This document shows positions 44,583-51,911 of a stretch of DNA of 54,337 nucleotides, one piece after another. This DNA comes from an uncultured Rhodospirillaceae bacterium. Its GTDB lineage: Bacteria > Pseudomonadota > Alphaproteobacteria > MPNO01 > UBA830. The notes beneath the pieces were generated by a model. It saw only the letters and a list, made by a program, of their open reading frames with translations, ran no database searches and had not been told where the DNA came from. The stretch is taken from NCBI GenBank assembly GCA_964579285.1, contig CAZOHS010000004.1, positions 1-54,337 of the forward strand, read 5' to 3'. The translations under genes and the position numbers were made by a program. The stretch's first letter is position 1, and each line of letters starts with the position of its first letter.

Positions 44583-45398
44583 ATGACGGAGAAAGATTAC
44601 TCAAAACAACGTGCTTCAATCATAGAGACGCTCGACGGGCTCCGTGTTGAAGTCGATGCTCAAAAGCGTATCGGCTATTTGATCCTCGATCGAGCTCCAC
44701 TCAATATCGTGTCTTTCAAGGGCCGATACCAGATTAGAGCGATTATAGAAGAGATGGACGAAGACCCGGACGTCGGAGTAATCGTTATTAAGGGTGCGAA
44801 CGGCGTGTATACTTCAGGGGGAGACGTAAAGTCTTTCCCAGACATACCTAAGAATAAAATGTCGGATTTGCACTGGAATATTGGCGCTCCCGAGCGCGCG
44901 GAGAAACCTGTTATTTGTGCTATGGAAAAATATGGATTTGGGGTGGGCTTTGAGTTGGCTTTGGCCTGCGACTTTCGTTTTGCGACCAAAGACACTTTGG
45001 TCGGTTTGCCAGAGAGTTCGCTTGGTCAGATGCCGGGATCCGGTGGAAGTGTCAGAGTAGCGCGGATTGCTGGGCTCACGCGCGCTAAGGACATGGTTAT
45101 GTTAGGAACGCGCATAAATTCCGTACAAGCCTTAGATTGGGGGTTATTGACCGGCGTTTCCGACGACACCAAGGCGATGATGGCAATGGTTGAAGACTAT
45201 GCGGGGAGATTAAATGGCCTATCGTCTATTGCGGTTTCATCTCTGAAAAAAGTTCTTAATTCTGCCTATGATGCTCCGCTCAAAACATCACTGGAAGTTG
45301 AGGGACATTCCTATGAAAAGCTGCGATGGACCAAAGATTATGCTGAAGGTATTGCTGCGTTCGCGGAGCGACGGAAACCGAGTTTTAGGGGAGAATAA
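44583..45398 (+). CDS. Enoyl-CoA hydratase/isomerase (crotonase) family protein, possibly acyl-CoA hydrolase
   Basis: 271-aa ORF with GVYTSGGDVK and YGFGVGFELALACDFRFAT. It starts 14 nt after the ligase gene. Confidence 0.85.
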   Translation: MTEKDYSKQRASIIETLDGLRVEVDAQKRIGYLILDRAPLNIVSFKGRYQIRAIIEEMDEDPDVGVIVIKGANGVYTSGGDVKSFPDIPKNKMSDLHWNIGAPERAEKPVICAMEKYGFGVGFELALACDFRFATKDTLVGLPESSLGQMPGSGGSVRVARIAGLTRAKDMVMLGTRINSVQALDWGLLTGVSDDTKAMMAMVEDYAGRLNGLSSIAVSSLKKVLNSAYDAPLKTSLEVEGHSYEKLRWTKDYAEGIAAFAERRKPSFRGE

Positions 45399-45549
45399 AC
45401 CCACACTAATGTCATTATCCTGCTAGGTGTCGTAGTAGTAAATTTTTAACTAAATAGAGGCTTAAGTTTTATCTTAAAGACCTAATTGGAATTACGACTA
45501 AAACCAATTGTACGATAAATTAACTGAAACCGATCGTGACCATGCCGTT

Positions 45550-47175
45550 ATGAACAGAGCTGAACGACGTCGAGAACTGAAAAAAATAAAAAAACAAGCC
45601 TCTGTTGGTGCCCGGAAGGACGCAAAAGAGGGGGGCTCCTTAGAGGCGGCGCGCAAGAATTTAGAGACCGCAAAGAGATTACATAATTCGGACAAGCGTG
45701 CCGAGGCACTTTCAATATATAAAACAATCCTCGCTTCTTTGCCCAATGAACCCGAGGTTCTTCATTTGATGGGCATAGCTCTATTTCAAGAGGGAAAGGA
45801 TGCCGACGCCCGTGCGTTTATAGAGAAATCTATTAAGTTTAATCCCGGTCGTTCTGATGTACATAACGATCTTGGTAATATTTACACCAAAGATGAGCGT
45901 TTTGAGGATGCGATCGCTCGCTATAAGGTTGCCATAGAATTGCAGCATGATTTCGCAGATGCCCACTATAACCTTGGCTATGCCTATTTTCGCCTCAAAA
46001 AACTTGAAGATGCTGTGGCGAGTTTTGAAACGTCAATTGAATTAGAGCCAAAAAATGCGGTGGCACAGAATACCCTGGGTATAGTGTTGAAAGACTTAGG
46101 AAATTATGAAAGAGCACTAGAATGTTTCGAGGCGGCGATATCCGCCAATAAACTTTACTTGCAGCCGTATACCAATATGGGGGTTACGCTGCTGGCTCTG
46201 GGGCGCCGCGGGGAAGCACTAGAGTATTTTGAAAAATCTCTTGAAAATACTCGAGGTCCCAATAAGGCTGTTCAGCCTCAACGAGAAGCAGAATATACAA
46301 CTCTCTCTAAATTTTCACATGATATTGAGCAATTTGACTATTTATCCGAGATGAGGATCGGTGGACCTCGCTATAAAGAGCTTGCAACAAAATATCGGCA
46401 TATTAAATCCGAAATAAATTGGCCCCGCCAAAAAACAGCGCTGGTTCGCCTAAAGCCAGCGCATCGGACTGAATTAGATGCCACATACGTGCGGCCTATA
46501 CATCTTGTTGAGGGTTCGGAGGTGTCCGGTGCCTCTTTGAATAGTGAACTAAATACACAGGAGATTACTAACGCATATAAGGCCCGCGCGCCCGGTATGG
46601 TCTACATAGATAATTTCCTTTCGAGTGAAGCACTGGAGGAGCTGAATAAGTTTCTTCTGCAAAGCACAATATGGTTTAAATACAATTATTCCGGAGGCTA
46701 TTTGGGCGCCATGTTTGCAGATGGTCTCGCGTGCCCGATACTTCTTCAAATTGCTGATGATACCCGAAGAGCATTTCCCGAGCTTCTCGAACCACATCCG
46801 CTTGCCCAACTTTGGGCGTATAAATATGACCATGAATTATATGGTATTGGTCTTCATGCTGATTTCGCTGCGGTTAATCTTAATTTTTGGGTAACACCGT
46901 CGTCTGCAAATCTTGACCCATCGTCCGGCGGTTTAGTCGTTTATGACACTGAGGCACCTTTATCCTGGAATTTCGATGCCTACAATAAAAACCCAGAACA
47001 AATTAGAAAATTTCTTAGCGATAAAAATAGTGGAAAAATGGTCGTGCCATATGCACAAAACCGAGCAGTTTTATTCAATTCAAATTTATTTCACGAGACG
47101 GACACTATCAATTTTAAAAAAGGCTACGAGAACCGCCGAATTAATATAACGATGTTATTTGGTAAGAGATCCTGA
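45550..47175 (+). CDS. TPR-repeat protein with C-terminal 2OG-Fe(II) oxygenase (prolyl-hydroxylase-like) domain
   Basis: The N-terminus is MNRAERRRELKK (ATG 45550; track start TTG 45508), followed by about 6 TPR units (ADAHYNLGYAY and others). The C-terminal domain has HxD in GIGLHADFA, a distal His in NLFHETD and RRINIT. Confidence 0.65.
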   Translation: MNRAERRRELKKIKKQASVGARKDAKEGGSLEAARKNLETAKRLHNSDKRAEALSIYKTILASLPNEPEVLHLMGIALFQEGKDADARAFIEKSIKFNPGRSDVHNDLGNIYTKDERFEDAIARYKVAIELQHDFADAHYNLGYAYFRLKKLEDAVASFETSIELEPKNAVAQNTLGIVLKDLGNYERALECFEAAISANKLYLQPYTNMGVTLLALGRRGEALEYFEKSLENTRGPNKAVQPQREAEYTTLSKFSHDIEQFDYLSEMRIGGPRYKELATKYRHIKSEINWPRQKTALVRLKPAHRTELDATYVRPIHLVEGSEVSGASLNSELNTQEITNAYKARAPGMVYIDNFLSSEALEELNKFLLQSTIWFKYNYSGGYLGAMFADGLACPILLQIADDTRRAFPELLEPHPLAQLWAYKYDHELYGIGLHADFAAVNLNFWVTPSSANLDPSSGGLVVYDTEAPLSWNFDAYNKNPEQIRKFLSDKNSGKMVVPYAQNRAVLFNSNLFHETDTINFKKGYENRRINITMLFGKRS

Positions 47176-47982
47176 CCGCTTTTTAGAATTTAAATCTTTA
47201 AAAAACTTTAGTAAGGAGAGATTGAAAGCGGCTGGATTTGCGATGTTACAGATATGTCCGGCGTCAGGAAGAGATATGTGGCCCCCATTCGGGACGGCTT
47301 GTGCCATTTTCTGCATTACGGTCGCAGGTCCGCCTAATAGATCTTCGTCTCCCGATATAAATAGTGCGGGCATATTAAGCTCCGATAGTCTTGCTCCAAA
47401 GCCAACGGTCAGTAAAGCTTGAATGCATCCGTGGTAACCATTGAGCGAGGTGCGTTTGATCATAGTTTTTACTTTAGACATTTGTTCCGGATTGGAAGTT
47501 CGAAAGTTTTCTGGGAACCATCTATCCGCTGTGATGTCTACAATTGCTTCAATTCCGCCCTGCGCGGACATTTCTACCATTGGTGGCCAAATAGCCTCGT
47601 ATTCGCTTACTAACTCCGCTCGACACGCCGTCGGTACAATGGAGGAAACGATTTGAGGAAACCTGAGCGCGAGCGCTATTGAGGTCATGCCGCCAAGGCC
47701 GATCCCAACGACATGAGTGTTGTCAATGCCAAGTTTGTTTAATACTCCTGCGACATCACCAGTAAGCTGGTCGAAAGAATATGGTCCCCGCGCTGTTTCA
47801 GACGCGCCGTGACCACGAGTGTCTAGCCTCAATAAATGGAAGTCTCTGCTAAGAGCTGAGATATTGTCGTCCCACATGGTGGTATCGTTGGTGATGCCTG
47901 TTATGAAGGTTATCCAAGGAGCGCCTTCAGGACCGTCCACGACATAATTCAATTCAAGACCGTTAACGAGAATGTTTGGCAT
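47155..47982 (-). CDS. Alpha/beta hydrolase, 3-oxoadipate enol-lactonase (PcaD)-like, with Gly at the nucleophile position
   Basis: 275-aa ORF with LRLDTRGHGAS, ISGDEDLL and PDAGHICNIANP, which match the PcaD-like pattern. The elbow reads GIGLGG instead of G-x-S-x-G. The 3' end overlaps the convergent TPR gene by 21 bp. Confidence 0.75.
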   Translation of the reverse strand: MPNILVNGLELNYVVDGPEGAPWITFITGITNDTTMWDDNISALSRDFHLLRLDTRGHGASETARGPYSFDQLTGDVAGVLNKLGIDNTHVVGIGLGGMTSIALALRFPQIVSSIVPTACRAELVSEYEAIWPPMVEMSAQGGIEAIVDITADRWFPENFRTSNPEQMSKVKTMIKRTSLNGYHGCIQALLTVGFGARLSELNMPALFISGDEDLLGGPATVMQKMAQAVPNGGHISLPDAGHICNIANPAAFNLSLLKFFKDLNSKKRSGSLTK

Positions 47983-48083
47983 TTTTTAAACCCTTTACGG
48001 GGGGCATTGTACTGCTGCTTATAAGCGGATAATAGAGGGGTTATAAATGCAAGTACCCTGGCTCAGACAACCTTGGCTAACTC

Positions 48084-48626
48084 ATGGCAAAGCAACCAAG
48101 AAATAACACACAAAAATCGCAATGGCCGCTACAAATATTTGAGACCCTTAAAGACGCTGAAATTTCTCAAGTCAGCTACGTGCCCGACGCGGGGCACTCC
48201 GAATTAATTAAATACTGCCACGCCGATAATAGGATTAAAACAACGCGCCTGACGACAGAGGAGGAGGGTGTAGCAATGGCTTTAGGCGCCTGGTTGGGGG
48301 GTGAACGAAGCGCCTTGTTGATGCAATCTTCTGGGGTCGGAAACTGTATCAATATGTTTTCAGTTATCCAGGAAACGCGTTCACCGTTGTTGGTTTTGGT
48401 GACTATGCGAGGCGAGTGGGGGGAATTCAATCCGTGGCAACTTCCTATGGGCCAGGGCACTGCCAAGTCTCTAGAAGCTGCCGGGTTAGTCGTGTATCAC
48501 GTAGATAAAGCCGAAGAACTAAGCGAAACAATTTTTGCGGCTTCACAGATAGCGTTTAATTCTTATCGAGCCGTCGCGGTGCTAATTGGCCAACGTATCA
48601 TTGGTTTTAAGGACTGGCGAAAATAA
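48084..48626 (+). CDS. ThDP-dependent decarboxylase, PYR-domain subunit (sulfopyruvate decarboxylase ComD-like)
   Basis: 180-aa ORF. TTEEEGVAMALGAWLGGERSALLMQSSGVGNCINMF closely follows the ComD pattern (REEEG...AG.YLAG...LIQSSGLGNSIN). Confidence 0.75.
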   Translation: MAKQPRNNTQKSQWPLQIFETLKDAEISQVSYVPDAGHSELIKYCHADNRIKTTRLTTEEEGVAMALGAWLGGERSALLMQSSGVGNCINMFSVIQETRSPLLVLVTMRGEWGEFNPWQLPMGQGTAKSLEAAGLVVYHVDKAEELSETIFAASQIAFNSYRAVAVLIGQRIIGFKDWRK

Positions 48627-49225
48627 TGGTGGCCCCCAAAAAGATCAGTTTGAACCGGCGAAAAGTAACCGAACAGATTCTCCAGGATAGAGGTGATACG
48701 TTGTTTGTTACAGGCCTTGGTTCCACTACGTGGGACGCTGCCGCTGCGGGTGATCATCCGAATAACTTTTACCTGTGGGGTGGTATGGGTGGAGCGGCGA
48801 TGACCGGTCTCGGACTGGCCCGAGCGCAACCAGATCGCCGTGTTGTTGTTTTGACTGGTGACGGTGAAATGTTGATGGGAATAGGCAGCCTTGCCACCAT
48901 CGCGGTAGCTGAAACCGCAAACCTCTCAGTGTGTGTCATCGATAATCAACACTATGGCGAGACGGGCATGCAGGAAACGCACACTGGTCATGGTGTGGAT
49001 CTCGCTGGGATGGCCTCTGCGGCTGGATTTAAACAAACGCTGACGGCTTGGACGGCGGAGGCGTTGGAAAAGGCCATATCCCTTCTCTACCATGCTGAAG
49101 GGCCAGTGTTTATAGATGTTAAAGTTACGACAGAACGCGTGCCCATGGTTCTACCTATTCGAGATGGGACGACGATTAGAGCTCGTTTCCGCCAAGCCGT
49201 GCTCGGCGACAGGGCGTTCGATTAG
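48626..49225 (+). CDS. ThDP-dependent decarboxylase, PP-domain subunit (ComE-like)
   Basis: 199-aa ORF. The ATG overlaps the upstream TAA by 1 nt (TAATG). It has the ThDP motif GDGEMLMGIGSLATIA...VIDNQHYGETG. Confidence 0.75.
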   Translation: MVAPKKISLNRRKVTEQILQDRGDTLFVTGLGSTTWDAAAAGDHPNNFYLWGGMGGAAMTGLGLARAQPDRRVVVLTGDGEMLMGIGSLATIAVAETANLSVCVIDNQHYGETGMQETHTGHGVDLAGMASAAGFKQTLTAWTAEALEKAISLLYHAEGPVFIDVKVTTERVPMVLPIRDGTTIRARFRQAVLGDRAFD

Positions 49226-49242
49226 TCTCGTCGAACAACTCT

Positions 49243-50145
49243 ATGATTGATAGGCGGGCTCTTTTAGGAATGGTGTTGGTCTGCACGGCCGCCGGCATTG
49301 GCGGGCTGACCGTGGTGATGACGCGGTTCGTGATCAGCGAGACGGACCCATATACGTTAGCCAGCGTGCGTTATTTAATAGCTTCGTTATGTCTTTTAGG
49401 TGTTGTTTTTGCGCAAGGCCGTCGTTTCAGAGTCGATCCAAGTGACCGGTTGGTTTTGATATTACTCGCTTTAGTTTTTTTTGCGGCGTTTCCCTTCTGC
49501 TTTGCGGCGGCGCTTGAGCATACGACGTCGGCGCGGGGAGCCCTCATATACGCTTGTATGCCTTTGTTGACAGGTGCTCTTGCGGCATTTTTTCGAATTG
49601 AACGGCTAACGTCTTGGAAGGGTATTGGTGTCATTTTTGCAATATTGGGAGTGTGGTCGGCAATTGGTTTAGACGTCGATGCTCCTGAAAATGCACTGCA
49701 AGGTGATGCCATAATGGTGCTCGCGACAGCATTTACGGCGATCTACACCGTATTCGCTAAGAAATATGTAATGAAATATGACGGCGTGGCTATGACGGCG
49801 TGGTCAATGTTACTGGGGTCCGGAGCACTATTTTGTGTTGCGGTTGTACTGGGTGAACCGTTTTCGGGTTCGCTGGACTTCAGTCTTTCTGGTTGGGGAG
49901 CTTTCTTATTTTTAGCGGTGCCTGGCGGCGCGTTCATGATGTGGTGTTTCATTAAAGGTTTCCAGATGGTAACACCGGTTCAAGCCGCAGTTTCAGTCGG
50001 GTTCAATCCTCTTACTGCTATATTTTTTGGAGCCTGGTTGGTGGGTGAGGCTATTTCAACGGGCAGCGTAATTGGATTTGTCTTAATCGTTCTTGCCGTT
50101 TTGTGCGCAAATAAAGGAAACAGTATTAAACCACCGCCGGCGTAG
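49243..50145 (+). CDS. DMT superfamily (EamA-type) transporter
   Basis: 300-aa ORF with about ten hydrophobic helices in a duplicated 5+5 arrangement. Confidence 0.85.
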   Translation: MIDRRALLGMVLVCTAAGIGGLTVVMTRFVISETDPYTLASVRYLIASLCLLGVVFAQGRRFRVDPSDRLVLILLALVFFAAFPFCFAAALEHTTSARGALIYACMPLLTGALAAFFRIERLTSWKGIGVIFAILGVWSAIGLDVDAPENALQGDAIMVLATAFTAIYTVFAKKYVMKYDGVAMTAWSMLLGSGALFCVAVVLGEPFSGSLDFSLSGWGAFLFLAVPGGAFMMWCFIKGFQMVTPVQAAVSVGFNPLTAIFFGAWLVGEAISTGSVIGFVLIVLAVLCANKGNSIKPPPA

Positions 50146-50260
50146 ACCCATTTAATTTGTTTAAGCCTCGTGTCGTGATACCAAGCGAATTGAAGCCTGG
50201 CCAGCTTGCAGAACCGGTCGGGCGTGGATACTTTGCGCTATAGTTCTGTCGGAGGAAATA

Positions 50261-51760
50261 ATGGATTCAGGTCTTGAAACGCTTACTCGATATAAAATGT
50301 TTATCGATGGTCAATGGGTAGACTCTAACTCAGGCGATACGTTTGAAACATTTAACCCTTATACGGCGCAGCCCTGGGCATTGATCCCGCGGGGAAACGA
50401 AATCGATGTGGATCGTGCAGTCGAAGCGGCAGATCAAGCTTTTAATTCGGGGGAATGGCCCGCCCTTACCGCGACAGCCAGAGGTCATTTAATACGCAAT
50501 TTCGCTGATCGGATTACTGAAAAATCAGATGAGTTAGCGGCGACAGAGGTCCGAGATAATGGGAAATTAATCGCTGAGATGAGTGCGCAATGTAAGTACC
50601 TTACACAATGGTATTACTACTACGCGGGCCTATGTGACAAAGTGGAGGGTTCGGTGATCCCTATCGATAAACCGGGCCACTTTAATTATACGGTATGGGA
50701 ACCACTTGGTGTTTGTGCGTGTATTGTTCCGTGGAATTCGCCGCTGCTTCTTCTAGCGTGGAAATTAGCCCCTTTGCTCGCCGCGGGGAACACCGCTGTT
50801 ATAAAGCCGTCGGAATACACGTCGGCGTCCACTCTCGAGTTTATGAAAATTGCCGAACAAGTGTTTCCTCCCGGTGTTGTCAACGTAGTAACGGGCTTCG
50901 GCGCAGAGGCGGGAGCGGCATTGGTCGATCATCCCAAGGTCGCAAAGGTTGCTTTCACTGGCTCTGACGTAACTGGCGCCTCAATCTATGCTCAAGCTGC
51001 TAAAAATATGAAAAAAGTAACAATGGAACTCGGTGGAAAGTCCCCCAACATTGTTTTCGGTGACGCCCACGTTGAAAATGCGGTTAAGGGGGTAATATCG
51101 GGTATCTTTGCAGCTACGGGGCAGACGTGTATCGCGGGTTCAAGGCTCCTCGTTCAAGAATCTATTCACGATGAATTTGTGTCGAAGTTGGTTGACCTCG
51201 GCCGAACGGCGAGAATTGGAGATCCGTCAAGTTTTGATACGCAGGTTGGTCCTGTAACTAATGTTCCACAATATGAAAAGGTATTGAACTATATTGATAT
51301 TGCTAAAAATGAGGGTGCTGAGACCGTGCTTGGCGGCGGAACACCTAAGGGACCTGAGATCGGTGAGGGGTGGTTTGTGGAGCCGACAATTTTTACCGGG
51401 GTAAAAAACGATATGCGTATAGCCCAGGAGGAAGTATTCGGCCCCGTGTTGTCGGTTATTCCATTCAAAGACGATGAGGAAGCTATTTCAATTGGCAACG
51501 ATGTTATTTATGGCCTGGCTGCGGGCGTTTGGACTCAGAATATAGGTCGTGCAATTAATTTAGCTAATAAACTGCGGGCTGGGACCGTATGGGTGAATAC
51601 CTATCGCGCAGTTAGTTACTTGTCGCCCTTTGGAGGATACAAAAAGTCTGGTATTGGCCGGGAAAGTGGACAAGAAATGATCAAAGAATATTTGCAACAA
51701 AAATCCGTTTGGATCGAGACATCTAATGCGGAAGCGCCGAACCCCTTTGTTCTGAGGTAA
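50261..51760 (+). CDS. NAD(P)-dependent aldehyde dehydrogenase
   Basis: 499-aa ORF with VTMELGGKSP (catalytic Glu), GQTCIAGSR (catalytic Cys) and FGGYKKSGIGRE. GGAGG lies upstream of the ATG. Confidence 0.92.
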   Translation: MDSGLETLTRYKMFIDGQWVDSNSGDTFETFNPYTAQPWALIPRGNEIDVDRAVEAADQAFNSGEWPALTATARGHLIRNFADRITEKSDELAATEVRDNGKLIAEMSAQCKYLTQWYYYYAGLCDKVEGSVIPIDKPGHFNYTVWEPLGVCACIVPWNSPLLLLAWKLAPLLAAGNTAVIKPSEYTSASTLEFMKIAEQVFPPGVVNVVTGFGAEAGAALVDHPKVAKVAFTGSDVTGASIYAQAAKNMKKVTMELGGKSPNIVFGDAHVENAVKGVISGIFAATGQTCIAGSRLLVQESIHDEFVSKLVDLGRTARIGDPSSFDTQVGPVTNVPQYEKVLNYIDIAKNEGAETVLGGGTPKGPEIGEGWFVEPTIFTGVKNDMRIAQEEVFGPVLSVIPFKDDEEAISIGNDVIYGLAAGVWTQNIGRAINLANKLRAGTVWVNTYRAVSYLSPFGGYKKSGIGRESGQEMIKEYLQQKSVWIETSNAEAPNPFVLR

Positions 51761-51911
51761 ATTTTTGTCTGTGCTCCTGAAATTGGTCGTGGGCATGAAT
51801 TAACAGCGGGAGCGTGCCTCGCTAAAATTTGTAGACTAGAGGGTTTTATTGGTGGGCAAATTGCACGTAAAGACTGTTATAGGAGTCCCCACCCATGAAC
51901 AGAACTTATTG

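Noticed and set aside
48084-49225. Phosphonopyruvate decarboxylase / phosphonate biosynthesis locus
   Set aside because: No PEP mutase (pepM) or aminotransferase is adjacent. The two-polypeptide architecture and the EEEG...SSG.GN.IN motif fit ComDE-type enzymes better. The question remains open without phylogeny.
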